This document shows, piece after piece, positions 52,889 through 62,748 of a stretch of DNA of 64,000 nucleotides (positions are counted from its first letter, which is position 1; the number at the start of each line of letters is the position of its first letter). Source of the stretch: an uncultured Candidatus Saccharibacteria bacterium (GTDB taxonomy: Bacteria > Patescibacteriota > Minisyncoccia > Minisyncoccales > Staskawiczbacteraceae); contig CAYRHW010000001.1 in assembly GCA_964424305.1 (NCBI GenBank), forward strand, positions 71,947 through 135,946, given 5' to 3'. A program made the translations under genes and the position numbers. A model generated the notes under the pieces. The model did no database searches. It saw only the letters and a list, made by a program, of their open reading frames with translations, and had not been told where the DNA came from.

Positions 52889-54400
52889 TTAATTTCCGCC
52901 ACAGGTTCCACCAGATCCTCCTCCACCACAGCTACAGCCACTTGCTCCTGACGGGATAGTGTTCGCGTCGTCAGTAATGGCGGTAGCTGTAGCGGAGGTG
53001 GTGGTCACCGCACTACCGCTTACATTAACTACTTCTATCACCCCAGAGATCATCCCCATTGAACAGCTGAATTTGTATCTTCCAGGAGTTGTTGGAGTAA
53101 ATTCTTTAATAGATACTTGGCCTGGAGTTAAATTAATTGAGCCGGAGAAAAGACTTGTTGAAATAATTGATCCATTGCATCCCAATGAATTAGCGGCGGT
53201 GATTTCCCATTTTACCGGGATCCCTGCCCTAACTTTGATGTAATTCGGACTGTCAGAGGAAGCATAGGCTGTCATTTTAATAACCTGCTTTCCATCAACA
53301 ATTTCCGGTAGGTCTTTTAAATCTATCTTTGTGGTTTGGTTTGTGTTTGATATTTTAATATCACTAAGGCTAGTAACCCCAAGGACATTTAGTTGGGAAT
53401 TAACATTATAGATAGCAAAAAATAGTATTAAGACTCCGGCGACCTTGGAGAATCTTTCTGCGAGGTGAGGCTTTTGGGATATTTTAACGCTTGATAGGCC
53501 GATGGCTAAAAGTGGCAGTAAAGTTCCTAGGGCGAAAGATCCCATTATCAGAGCTCCCTGTATGGGGTTCCCAGATATTAATGCCATCCCTTGGGCAGCT
53601 ATAGTAAACCCGCATGGTAAGAAGAAAGTTAGGGCTCCCATTAAGAATGGCATATTCTTACCTTTAAAATTTCTTTCATTGGCGATATTTCTAGTTACGG
53701 ACTTTGGTAGACTAATCTGTAATTTTCTGAAGGCTTTTATCCCTAGCATCTGCAGGCCAATGAAAAACATCATTACGGAAATGGCGATTACCAGAAAAGA
53801 GGTGAACTTAATAGATAACTGGAATCCACTTCCTAAAAACCCCAACAGAGATCCAAAGAATATGTAGGATAATAGTCTCCCAGTGTTGAACATTATATGG
53901 GGCTGGAGTTTTTTGATCGTTGATGGTTCTCCGGCATATAGGTCAAGCCACTGTTTTGACATAGAAAGAATTAGTCCGCCCACTAAAGCCGCGCAAGTAG
54001 AAACGCCGGCCAGAAGGCCGAACATGAAAAAGGTGGGTAGAGAAGATTTTGAGCTCACATTCATCCAATTTGTTAAACCCAACTTACTAATAGCCATAAA
54101 GCCAGCAATAATTAAAAGGGCGATAAAAATACTTCCACCGATCTTTTTCCCATTTGCGCTTGTCTCCTGCTTGTTTATTCCATCAGAGAATGTATATCCC
54201 TCTTTCTCAAATAGGTTATTCAGTCTTGCTATTGCCGGTTTTCCCTCCTCGTATTCTATGAAAACCGTCCCCTTATTTGAAGAGGCGTCAACGGCTTTGA
54301 CCCCCTCGATAGCAATTAACTTCTGCTCTATTAATACCTCGCAAGAGGCACAATGCATCCCCTTTACCGAATATGTGTGTTCTTTGAATTTTTTTTGCAT
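52889..54400 (-). CDS. HMA domain + TauE/DsbD-like membrane domain + C-terminal cupredoxin-like domain protein
   Basis: GMHCASCEVLIE HMA; ~6 TMs; C-terminal GRYKFSCSMGMISGVIEV cupredoxin-like motif; Cys/Gly tail CSCGGGGSGGTCGG. Confidence 0.7.
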   Translation of the reverse strand: MQKKFKEHTYSVKGMHCASCEVLIEQKLIAIEGVKAVDASSNKGTVFIEYEEGKPAIARLNNLFEKEGYTFSDGINKQETSANGKKIGGSIFIALLIIAGFMAISKLGLTNWMNVSSKSSLPTFFMFGLLAGVSTCAALVGGLILSMSKQWLDLYAGEPSTIKKLQPHIMFNTGRLLSYIFFGSLLGFLGSGFQLSIKFTSFLVIAISVMMFFIGLQMLGIKAFRKLQISLPKSVTRNIANERNFKGKNMPFLMGALTFFLPCGFTIAAQGMALISGNPIQGALIMGSFALGTLLPLLAIGLSSVKISQKPHLAERFSKVAGVLILFFAIYNVNSQLNVLGVTSLSDIKISNTNQTTKIDLKDLPEIVDGKQVIKMTAYASSDSPNYIKVRAGIPVKWEITAANSLGCNGSIISTSLFSGSINLTPGQVSIKEFTPTTPGRYKFSCSMGMISGVIEVVNVSGSAVTTTSATATAITDDANTIPSGASGCSCGGGGSGGTCGGN

Positions 54401-54401
54401 A

Positions 54402-54674
54402 TTATTTATTAAATAATTTAGTTACCTTTAAAATTTCTTCGGTCATTCGTTTCTTTTTACGTGTATCTCTTGTCGCCATGGCTTTTTTAAAACAGGTGTT
54501 CAAATGATTCTCCATCAAATCTTCGTGGGCGGATCTTAAAAGCCCGATAACAGCTAAATTCTGTTGCATGATATTCATGCAATAGTGGTCATTTTTAACC
54601 ATACTGATTATGTTAGAGAGTAGGCTATGGGCCTTTTTGAAACTAATTAAAGTCTTTTGTTTTTTGTTATTCAT
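54402..54674 (-). CDS. csoR: CsoR/RcnR-family metal-sensing repressor
   Basis: 90 aa; DHYCMNIMQQ..A....L..AH..L...HL..C matches the C-H-C ligand pattern. Confidence 0.85.
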   Translation of the reverse strand: MNNKKQKTLISFKKAHSLLSNIISMVKNDHYCMNIMQQNLAVIGLLRSAHEDLMENHLNTCFKKAMATRDTRKKKRMTEEILKVTKLFNK

Positions 54675-54690
54675 GTCTTTATTTTATTAG

Positions 54691-54719
54691 ATACCATACC
54701 TGGGGGGTAGGTATGGTCT
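54691..54719. promoter_or_regulatory. CsoR-type operator
   Basis: ACCATACCT-GGGGGGT-AGGTATGGT (9-bp perfect inverted repeat around a G-tract), 17 nt upstream of the csoR start. Confidence 0.6.
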
Positions 54720-54799
54720 TATGATAGCAGAGTAGCAAAACCCTGTCAATGCTTTCGCTCTTGTGAGAAAACTGGTAAGATTAATTAGATAATAACGCC

Positions 54800-55252
54800 A
54801 TGGCAACAGAATTAGAAAAAATTAGGGACACGGAATTAATACTCAGCAGGAACTTGTATATTATTTGTGCCCTTGTAACATTCGTCACAATGGTGATGAC
54901 TGTTATGGAATTTTTTAGTCGTGGTATGTTTTTCCCAAACCATATGGACCTATTTTATCTTGGGATTTTGGCTATCTATGCTTTGCACAAGGAGCTAGTA
55001 AGGTGGCTCAGTCGTAGAAAGATAGAGAGGCAGGGAGAATATTTTGTGTATGCCTGGGTAATACTTACTACGGTTTTGTATATAATTAATTTTGTTTCTG
55101 GAGATTTCTATAACTATATGCCGCAGGGTGGCCCAGCCAGTTCTTTGAGGGATGCTTCCATTATGACCATAGAAGTACTCGGGATGTTCATATTGACTAG
55201 GTCCCTTAAGATTGTTAGTCTGGCGATAAAAGAGCACAAGATAAAGACTTAG
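54800..55252 (+). CDS. Integral membrane protein (4 TM), function unknown
   Basis: 150 aa with four hydrophobic helices. Confidence 0.55.
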   Translation: MATELEKIRDTELILSRNLYIICALVTFVTMVMTVMEFFSRGMFFPNHMDLFYLGILAIYALHKELVRWLSRRKIERQGEYFVYAWVILTTVLYIINFVSGDFYNYMPQGGPASSLRDASIMTIEVLGMFILTRSLKIVSLAIKEHKIKT

Positions 55253-55256
55253 TTTG

Positions 55257-55327
55257 GGGCCTATAGTATAGTGGCAGTACGCGGCATTCGCATTGCCGAG
55301 ACGCGAGTTCGACTCTCGCTGGGTCCA
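55257..55327 (+). tRNA. tRNA-Ala (anticodon CGC), no encoded CCA
   Basis: GGGCCTA-TA-GTAT-AGTGGCA-GTAC-G-CGGCA-TTCGCAT-TGCCG-AGAC-GCGAG-TTCGACT-CTCGC-TGGGTCC-A. The G3:U70 alanine identity pair is present. Confidence 0.8.
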
Positions 55328-55336
55328 TAAGTTAAA

Positions 55337-56017
55337 ATGACAAAAAATAAAATAATAGGAATTTTAGGCGGAATAGGGCCCGAATCAACGGGGAATTTTT
55401 ATTTGAATTTAATTTCAACACTTCAAAAAAATGGGTTGATTAATTCGAATACAGATTTTCCCCAAATTATAATAAATAGTATCCCCGCTCCGGAGTTAAT
55501 TTACGAGAAAATCACGGATAAAGATTTAGAATTATATATCAAGGGTTTAAAGGAATTAGATAAATTTGGAGTAGATTTTATTGTAATGGCTTGTAACACG
55601 ATTCACTTATTTCACGAAAAACTACAAAGGGAGGTTAAAACACCAATATTGGACATAAGGAAAGAGCTGAAAGACTTTCTTATAAAAAAAGGCATAAAAT
55701 CTATCGCAGTTTTGGGGACTCCAATGACAATGAATCAAGGGTTATATAAATTTGACGAATTCAAATATCTCGACCCAGAAGAAAGCGACGCGAGGCTTAT
55801 CACCGACGCTGTATTTAACTTTAATAAAGGATTTGAGAAAGAGAAACAAATTAAAATTATAGAAAATATTGCCAGGATGTGTGTTGGCAGGGGCGCAGAA
55901 ATTATAGTTTTGGGGTGTACTGAACTATCGTTGATGTTGGGAGACATTGATATTCCCAAAATAGACACGATGGAAATATTGTCGGCGGCCGTAATTAAAA
56001 ACCTATGGTCATCTTAG
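55337..56017 (+). CDS. Aspartate/glutamate racemase family protein
   Basis: GILGGIGPEST, MACNTIH and LGCTELS catalytic Cys motifs. Confidence 0.85.
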   Translation: MTKNKIIGILGGIGPESTGNFYLNLISTLQKNGLINSNTDFPQIIINSIPAPELIYEKITDKDLELYIKGLKELDKFGVDFIVMACNTIHLFHEKLQREVKTPILDIRKELKDFLIKKGIKSIAVLGTPMTMNQGLYKFDEFKYLDPEESDARLITDAVFNFNKGFEKEKQIKIIENIARMCVGRGAEIIVLGCTELSLMLGDIDIPKIDTMEILSAAVIKNLWSS

Positions 56018-56379
56018 TAAAGAAGAGAAGCAATATACACAAAATTGGTGTTTTCGCGAAAAGTTTTATCCCCAAGGGTTCGAAATTTTACATGCTCCCC
56101 CTGGGAAAGATATTAAATGCCCCAAAGAGAGGGTGTGCTCATGTCGGGAATAATAAGTATTTATCTGACGAGATAGTGTTAAACTGGGTGAACCATTCTT
56201 GCGATCCCAACAGCCGGTTGGACATTAATAGCAAAGAGCCATGTTTGGTTTCTCTGAGGGATATCAAGGTTGGGGAAGAGGTTACCTGTGATTATAGTAT
56301 AACTGAAGTAATGGGAACTAAGGTTAAATGTAATTGTGGAAAGAATAATTGTAGGGGATATTTTTTAAGGAAAGAATAA
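56005..56379 (+). CDS. SET-domain protein (putative lysine methyltransferase)
   Basis: NHSCDPN, GEEVTCDY, post-SET CNCGKNNCRGY. Confidence 0.85.
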   Translation: MVILVKKRSNIHKIGVFAKSFIPKGSKFYMLPLGKILNAPKRGCAHVGNNKYLSDEIVLNWVNHSCDPNSRLDINSKEPCLVSLRDIKVGEEVTCDYSITEVMGTKVKCNCGKNNCRGYFLRKE

Positions 56380-56432
56380 TTTTGCTAAATCAACGGGCCC
56401 CCTCCGTTTTTATTTTTTCTATTTTACTCAGC

Positions 56433-56475
56433 AAAAAAAAGACCCAAAACTGCACGCTAGGGCATAGTTTTGGGT
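56433..56475 (-). terminator. Rho-independent terminator of the T-box-regulated gene
   Basis: Minus strand ACCCAAAACT-N14-AGTTTTGGGT then C + 8 T. Confidence 0.75.
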
Positions 56476-56480
56476 ATAGT

Positions 56481-57329
56481 TTAGGAGATTGTTAGTCCAA
56501 GGAAGGACATTAATGTTTCAAAGTCCTTGAGGGCATTGTCATGGTTGCTAGTTTTTGTTCTTAGTTCGTAATAGCGCTCGTGGCACCAATCGTGTCCGGA
56601 AGTGGTTAAATCTGGTAGTAACGGCTCTCCTTCGAGAGGGATATAGCAAGGGGTTTTGCAAATTGTCATGAAGCGATCAGTCGGATTATTTTTCGTGCAT
56701 AGGTCGGGCCTTCGTTCTCGGAGGAATTTTCGTATTACCGCAAAGCGTTCTTCGGATTGACTCATCAGATTAACAAATTGGTATCCCATAGTGGGGTAGG
56801 ACCTTTTCCAAATCAGTGGATGATGCATGTCTAGCCAGGAGAACGGATGGGCAGCCATATACACGGTGGCGTTATTGGCTCCCGCGGTGCCTCCGTGTTT
56901 CTTCCCAGACGTTTTGATCCTTTGGACAATATCGGCCACCTTCCCGCCGGAAGAATGGTTTAGCTCCGCCCCAAGGGTTGCCATGACTTCTAGCGAATCC
57001 TGGTTGATTGGTTCGGCCTCGTCAAAAAAGAAATCAACGCCGTGCCTATTGAAAAATTCAGCAATTACCGCTTGAAACTGTGATTGTCTGGGTTGCCATC
57101 CATTACAATAATTAGCGATGGGGGTTGGATCAATCACCCGTATTATTGAGGTAAAACCAATTTGTTTAAGTCGCTTCGATAATTCGATGGCAGGGATCAA
57201 CCCAGCACAAAATCTTGCTGGTAGCCCCAGTTGGTGCTCATAGGCAACAATACTAATTTGCACGATTTCCCCAGGTTTGAGGGAAAGGTTTCCTATAATC
57301 AGCGGGGATTTGATAATGACGTTGTTCAT
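56481..57329 (-). CDS. Uncharacterised 282-aa protein under T-box control (GC-richer than genome)
   Basis: AAGGAG 7 nt upstream of the ATG. No motif I can assign with confidence. By-eye spacing of EHQLG / VIDPTPIA / LMSQSEE is faintly reminiscent of a class-I aaRS-like Rossmann core (speculative). Confidence 0.7.
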   Translation of the reverse strand: MNNVIIKSPLIIGNLSLKPGEIVQISIVAYEHQLGLPARFCAGLIPAIELSKRLKQIGFTSIIRVIDPTPIANYCNGWQPRQSQFQAVIAEFFNRHGVDFFFDEAEPINQDSLEVMATLGAELNHSSGGKVADIVQRIKTSGKKHGGTAGANNATVYMAAHPFSWLDMHHPLIWKRSYPTMGYQFVNLMSQSEERFAVIRKFLRERRPDLCTKNNPTDRFMTICKTPCYIPLEGEPLLPDLTTSGHDWCHERYYELRTKTSNHDNALKDFETLMSFLGLTIS

Positions 57330-57382
57330 GACGCACTCCTTCTTAGTAGATTAGATTTTAATGTGCTGGTCGGAAGTTTAAC

Positions 57383-57652
57383 AAAAAACTTCTCGTCTCT
57401 GCGGTGTAAATAGATTACACAGCAAGGACGAGAAGTCATATCTCGCGGTACCACCTTGATTCCCAATCCTCGAGGGGTCGGGCGCTTTATTGACTCCATC
57501 TTGCCTAGATTTCATCAACTATCCCATGGTTACGGGGGAATCCGGATCTCCACTTTTTGCAGAAATCACCTTGCCCCTTTCGGCGGGGCGAATCGGGCCC
57601 AACCTCGCGTTAGACGCGAGACCCGTTTCGTAGGTTTTGTAATTGTTAATAT
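57383..57652 (-). promoter_or_regulatory. T-box riboswitch leader (transcription-termination type)
   Basis: Minus strand T-box core AATCAAGGTGGTACCGCGAGA (57461-57441). Antiterminator: AAGG/CCTT lower helix, 7-nt bulge UGGUACC, CGAGA/UCUCG upper helix. Competing terminator ACTTCTCGTC...GACGAGAAGT (57436-57427 / 57397-57388) plus a U-run. Confidence 0.85.
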
Positions 57653-57658
57653 ATTAAC

Positions 57659-57687
57659 AATATAGCAAACTGCAGAATAGCTGTCAA
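57659..57687 (-). promoter_or_regulatory. Sigma-70-type promoter for the T-box leader
   Basis: Minus strand TTGACA (57687-57682), 17-nt spacer, TATATT (57664-57659). The 18-bp perfect palindrome TTGTTAATATATTAACAA (57643-57660) spans the predicted start site. Confidence 0.55.
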
Positions 57688-57829
57688 TTTTTTTGAAGGT
57701 CAGCATCATGGTGTTGACAGTAGGGATTAGTCTTGATAAGCTAATAATTAAAGTAATGACTGTTTAGAAACACTGTCCGTCTGACCACGGGCTTTTTTTA
57801 AAAATTAATTTCGTAAAATAATAAAAAAT

Positions 57830-59101
57830 ATGGAAATAGATATAAAGTCGTTTCATCGAGCCTTGGCTCAGATCGCCCAAGAAAGGGGCATCCCAGCTGA
57901 GAAAATTATAGAGACCCTAGAATCGGCCATGGCCACTGCATACAAAAAAGATTATGGTCAAAAGGGTCAAAAGATTAAAGCTAAATTTAATCCCGTCTCC
58001 GGAGAAGTTAAGTTTTGGCAGGTAAAGTTGGTAGTCGACAAAGACATGATCTATACCGAAGAGGAGATAGAACAACTAAAGGAAAAGAAAGAGATCTTCT
58101 TCGCTGAATCAGCAGAACATGAGGAGGGCAAGAAGGTAGTTTTTAATGCAGAAAAACACATAATGGTGGAGGATGCTAAAAAAGAAGATTCAAAATTAAA
58201 AGCAGGAGAGGAGTTGGAAATTCCACTGGTCCCCAAAACAGACTATGGGAGAATCGCTGCTCAGACAGCAAAGCAAGTCATATTACAAAAAATCAGAGAA
58301 GTAGAAAAGGAAGTTATTCTTAGTGAGTATAGGTCTAAAGAAGGAGAAATCGCTTCCGGTATTGTCCAAAGAATTGAGGGTCACTCCGTTCTTGTCGACA
58401 TAGGCAAGACACTGGGTGTTTTAAATAGGGAAGAACAAATTCCAGGAGAATTCTACAGACCTGGGCAACGTTTAAAATTTTACATTTTAAAAGTTGATGA
58501 AACCCCAAGGGGCCCCGCCGTTATATTATCCAGAGCCTACCCAAAATTGATCTCAAAACTATTTGAATTGGAGGTTCCAGAAATACCCGCAGGCACAGTT
58601 GTCATTAAGGGCATCGCCAGAGAGCCAGGATTCCGTACAAAGATAGCAGTTGCCTCAAACGCCGAAGGGATCGATCCTATCGGTAGTTGTGTTGGGCAGC
58701 GTGGCACCAGAATTATGGCAGTGATTAATGAGTTGGGAGGAGAAAAGATCGATGTTGTGGAATGGAGTGATTCCCCAGAGAAGTTCATAACCAATGCCTT
58801 GGCTCCAGCAAAAATTGTTGAGGTAAAAATTGATTCAAAAAACACCGCAAAGGTTTTTGTCCCCGGAGATCAATTGTCTTTAGCTATTGGTAAAGATGGT
58901 AGGAACGTTAGATTAGCAGCCAACTTAACTGGTTGGAAAATTGATATTGAAGGAGTAGAGGCGGGGGCGGTAGTCGAGGAGAAAGCAGAAGAAGAGCCAG
59001 TAAAAGAAGTAGAGAAAGAGAAGAAGGTTGCTAAAAAAACTAAAACTAAAAAATCTGCCAAAAAAGAAGTTAAGGCAGAAGAGGTCGCTAATAAAGAATA
59101 A
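57830..59101 (+). CDS. nusA: Transcription termination/antitermination factor NusA
   Basis: N-terminal domain, S1 (GEIASGIVQRIEGHSVLVDIG), two KH domains (GSCVGQRGTRI; LAIGKDGRNVRLA), Lys-rich tail. Confidence 0.95.
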   Translation: MEIDIKSFHRALAQIAQERGIPAEKIIETLESAMATAYKKDYGQKGQKIKAKFNPVSGEVKFWQVKLVVDKDMIYTEEEIEQLKEKKEIFFAESAEHEEGKKVVFNAEKHIMVEDAKKEDSKLKAGEELEIPLVPKTDYGRIAAQTAKQVILQKIREVEKEVILSEYRSKEGEIASGIVQRIEGHSVLVDIGKTLGVLNREEQIPGEFYRPGQRLKFYILKVDETPRGPAVILSRAYPKLISKLFELEVPEIPAGTVVIKGIAREPGFRTKIAVASNAEGIDPIGSCVGQRGTRIMAVINELGGEKIDVVEWSDSPEKFITNALAPAKIVEVKIDSKNTAKVFVPGDQLSLAIGKDGRNVRLAANLTGWKIDIEGVEAGAVVEEKAEEEPVKEVEKEKKVAKKTKTKKSAKKEVKAEEVANKE

Positions 59102-59149
59102 TTATTAACAAACAACGGTATTTTCATATCGTTGCTAATTTTCATTATT

Positions 59150-61159
59150 ATGGACAATAATATTTTAATACCAATAATCGTGTCGATCTTCACAATTGGT
59201 TTTGTTTTCTTCTTAATCAAAAAGGTTCAAAATGCTCCTGCCGGAGAAGGTAAGATGGTAGAGATCACAAAAGCCATCAGAGAGGGTGCTGTCTCGTATC
59301 TTAAGAGACAATATAAAACTGTTTCCATCGTTGCGGTAGTTATCTTCCTATTATTAATAGTCGTCTATAGTTTAAAAACGAATAATTTTAAAACCGGACT
59401 AATTACAGGAATTGGTTTTCTGATCGGCGCAGCTTTATCGGGGTTTTCTGGATTCATCGGGATGATGGTTTCCACACAGGCCAACGTAAAAGTAGCTCAA
59501 GCCGCTAAGAGTGGCCTAAAGCCAGCGCTGAAGTTGTCATTTATCGGAGGATTAATTACCGGCTTATTGGTAGTGAGCTTGGGCTTATTGGCGATAGCCG
59601 GATTTTATTGGATAACAAAGGACCTCAAGGCTTTAATCGCTTTGGGGTTTGGAGCAAGTCTAATTTCAGTCTTTGCTAGAATCGGTGGCGGTATCTATAC
59701 AAAGGCTGCTGATGTAGGGGCCGATTTAGTTGGTAAGGTTGAAAAGAACATTCCCGAGGATGATCCAAGAAACCCAGCCGTTATCGCAGATTTAGTCGGA
59801 GACAATGTCGGGGACTGTGCAGGTATGGCAGCTGATATTTTTGAAACATACGCCGTAACAATTGTAGCCACAATGATTCTTGGAGCATTGTTATTTCCAT
59901 TAACGCCTCAATTTATACTTCTACCATTGATGTTAAGTGCAACAGCAATTATCGCTTCGATAATTGGGAGTTACTTTGTCCGCTTGGGGAAAGGGAATAA
60001 TATTATGGGGGCTTTGTATAAGGGGATTGTGGTCACGGCAATTCTTTGTGCAGTTGGTTTCTATCCAGTTATCAATAGCATCGCAGGGAATCTGTCTAAT
60101 AAGTTATATTTTTCTACTTTAGTTGGTTTAGTAATTGCAGCTGGTATGTTTATCATCACCGAATACTATACCGCAAGAGATAGGGGTCCGGTAAAAAGCA
60201 TTGCTTTTGCTTCTCAGACAGGACATGCAACAAATGTTATCACTGGTTTGGCGATCGGCATGCAATCAACCGCTCTGCCAATCTTGTTGATATCAGCTGG
60301 TATAATTGTAAGTTATTCCTTCGCTGGCATATACGGAGTAGCTTTAGCGGCGTTGGCCATGGTTTCTTTGTCCGGTATCGTCGTCGGTGTTGATGCCTAT
60401 GGGCCAATAACCGATAACGCCGGAGGCATTGCAGAAATGGCTGGACTGAATGCAGAAGTAAGAAAAACAACAGATGCCTTGGATGCAGTTGGAAATACAA
60501 CAAAAGCAGTAACAAAGGGTTATGCTATCGCCTCTGCCGGATTAGCTGCTTTAGTCTTGTTCTCCGCCTATTCTCAAGAGCTTTTGGATCTTGGGAAAAA
60601 CATCCAATTCGTGTTAGCTGACCCTAAGGTTATCGCTGGATTATTCATCGGTGGCTTGCTTCCTTATCTGTTCGCTTCTTTGGCAATGAGTTCTGTAAGT
60701 AAAGCGGCAATGGGAGTAGTTGGAGAAGTAAGGAGACAGTTTAGAGAGATTAAAGGATTAATGGAGGGCACAGGGAAAGCCGAATATGGAAAGTGCGTTG
60801 ATATCGTTACAAAGTCCGCCATAAGAGAAATGATGCTCCCTGCTTTAATTCCAGTTATTGCTCCAATCTTAGTTGGATGGATATTGGGGGTTGAGGCATT
60901 GGGTGGATTATTAATCGGATGTATCGTTACTGGTTTGTTTGTTGGTATTTCAATGACTACCGGTGGAGCTGCTTGGGACAATGCGAAGAAGTATATTGAG
61001 ATAGGAAATTTTGGTGGCAAGGGTTCCCCTGCCCACCAAGCTGCAGTTACTGGTGATACGATTGGAGACCCATACAAAGACACTGCGGGTCCGGCAATTA
61101 ATCCGATGATTAAGGTTATTAATATTGTCGCCCTATTAATAGTTGCTTTCTTGGTCTAA
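59150..61159 (+). CDS. hppA: Membrane-bound proton/sodium-translocating pyrophosphatase
   Basis: Start at ATG 59150 (track uses TTG 59132). [53 protein letters not shown]. Confidence 0.93.
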   Translation: MDNNILIPIIVSIFTIGFVFFLIKKVQNAPAGEGKMVEITKAIREGAVSYLKRQYKTVSIVAVVIFLLLIVVYSLKTNNFKTGLITGIGFLIGAALSGFSGFIGMMVSTQANVKVAQAAKSGLKPALKLSFIGGLITGLLVVSLGLLAIAGFYWITKDLKALIALGFGASLISVFARIGGGIYTKAADVGADLVGKVEKNIPEDDPRNPAVIADLVGDNVGDCAGMAADIFETYAVTIVATMILGALLFPLTPQFILLPLMLSATAIIASIIGSYFVRLGKGNNIMGALYKGIVVTAILCAVGFYPVINSIAGNLSNKLYFSTLVGLVIAAGMFIITEYYTARDRGPVKSIAFASQTGHATNVITGLAIGMQSTALPILLISAGIIVSYSFAGIYGVALAALAMVSLSGIVVGVDAYGPITDNAGGIAEMAGLNAEVRKTTDALDAVGNTTKAVTKGYAIASAGLAALVLFSAYSQELLDLGKNIQFVLADPKVIAGLFIGGLLPYLFASLAMSSVSKAAMGVVGEVRRQFREIKGLMEGTGKAEYGKCVDIVTKSAIREMMLPALIPVIAPILVGWILGVEALGGLLIGCIVTGLFVGISMTTGGAAWDNAKKYIEIGNFGGKGSPAHQAAVTGDTIGDPYKDTAGPAINPMIKVINIVALLIVAFLV

Positions 61160-61171
61160 CTCTTTCTGGAT

Positions 61172-61438
61172 ATGCTAGAAATAGAAGAAGTTAAAAAAGA
61201 AATAGCTCTAATAAAAGAAAGGAACAAAAGGGTTGAGATAGATAAGGCGTGGGAGACAAGCGCCCTCCGCATCTTTTCCGTTTTAACAATGACCTATATT
61301 GTCACTGCGGTTGTTTTCTATTTTATAGGAGTCAAGAATTTTTTATTGAGCGCGTTTATTCCGACAATTGGTTTTTATCTTTCCACTCAATCTCTGCCGT
61401 TTATAAAGAAATGGTGGGTCAGCAAATTTTATAAATAA
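61172..61438 (+). CDS. Small membrane protein (2 TM)
   Basis: 88 aa; charged N-terminus, then two hydrophobic helices. Confidence 0.5.
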   Translation: MLEIEEVKKEIALIKERNKRVEIDKAWETSALRIFSVLTMTYIVTAVVFYFIGVKNFLLSAFIPTIGFYLSTQSLPFIKKWWVSKFYK

Positions 61439-61441
61439 ACC

Positions 61442-62743
61442 ATGAAACACACAATAAAGAAGTTACCAAAATCGCAAGTTGAAATCGAAATCGAAGTTCC
61501 TTCAGAAGAACTAGAAGATTTCATATCCCACGCCAAAGAACATTTAGCAGAACATCTTAAAATAGATGGTTTTAGGCCTGGCAATGTTCCCAAGGAAATG
61601 GTTGAGGGCAAGATTGGAGCAGAACAGATTTTAGCTGAAGCTGCTGACATGGCAGTAAATCATTCTTACAAAAAAGTAGTTACAGAAAACAATCTGGAGC
61701 CCATCGCCCATCCAGAGGTTAAAGTTTTAAAATTGGCCCAAGGGAATCCCTTCATCTTTAAGATAACAGTAAATGTTTTACCGGAAGTTGAATTAGGTGA
61801 TTATAAGAAGATTGCTTCTCAGGCGAAGATAAAAGAAGTAGAAGCAACCGAAGAAGAGATTAAAGATTCTTTGGAATATATCAGAAAGTCTAGAGCGAAA
61901 TATTCTCAACTAGAGCGACCGGCGGAAGACAAAGACTATATTGAAATTGAATATGAAAGTCCCGAATTGGGGACCATGTCTGTCCTACCAGACGGGAAGG
62001 GAAGTAATAAAACGAGGGATCAATTCATCTTAAGTGATGGAGGTTTTATGCCCGGCTTTGAGCAAAACATTATCGGGATGAAAAATAATGAAGAGAAGGA
62101 GTTCTCCATCATTTTTCCCCAAGCTGCTCAAAGAAAAGACCTAGCCGGGAAAGAGGTCCATTTTAAGGTGAGGGTGATAAGTATCCAGAAGGTAGAATTA
62201 CCAGAAATTAATGATGAATTCGCAAAAACTTTAGGGAAGTTTGAAAATGTAGCAGATTTAATGGTTAGTGTTAAGGAGGGCATAAAAATGGAGAAGGAAG
62301 AACAAGAAAAACAAATTAGAAGAAATGAGACTCTAGAGAAGATATCTGAGAAATCAAAGTTTGATCTTCCTCAATCTTTGATTGATATGGAAAAGGAGAA
62401 CATATTTAAGAATTTCCAGAACAAGATAACGCAGAATTACAAAATAACATTCCAACAGTATTTAGCTTCTGTTAAGCAGGATGAGGCCACAATGAAAGAT
62501 TCCTTTGCTAAGGAAGCAGAGAAAAAGGTTAAAAACTATCTAGTATTGAAGGAAATTGGGAAAAAAGAGGGTGTCTCGGCTGACTCAGAAGAGGTGGAGA
62601 AACAGGTCAATTTAACCCTAGGTAATTACCCCAAGGAAACGATAGCCAAAATTGACATTAGTGAGCTAAAAGAGTACACTAAGGGAGTAATATTTAATGA
62701 AAAAGTTTTCCAAAAGTTGGAAAGCTTCATTGAAAAGAAGTAA
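61442..62743 (+). CDS. tig: Trigger factor
   Basis: 433 aa; N-terminal ribosome-binding [13 protein letters not shown] signature; position upstream of clpP. Confidence 0.93.
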   Translation: MKHTIKKLPKSQVEIEIEVPSEELEDFISHAKEHLAEHLKIDGFRPGNVPKEMVEGKIGAEQILAEAADMAVNHSYKKVVTENNLEPIAHPEVKVLKLAQGNPFIFKITVNVLPEVELGDYKKIASQAKIKEVEATEEEIKDSLEYIRKSRAKYSQLERPAEDKDYIEIEYESPELGTMSVLPDGKGSNKTRDQFILSDGGFMPGFEQNIIGMKNNEEKEFSIIFPQAAQRKDLAGKEVHFKVRVISIQKVELPEINDEFAKTLGKFENVADLMVSVKEGIKMEKEEQEKQIRRNETLEKISEKSKFDLPQSLIDMEKENIFKNFQNKITQNYKITFQQYLASVKQDEATMKDSFAKEAEKKVKNYLVLKEIGKKEGVSADSEEVEKQVNLTLGNYPKETIAKIDISELKEYTKGVIFNEKVFQKLESFIEKK

Positions 62744-62748
62744 TTATT

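Noticed and set aside
57456-57665. 69-aa plus-strand ORF, and the 57231-57413 ORF
   Set aside because: They lie antisense within the T-box leader and the gene start. The region is explained by the riboswitch.
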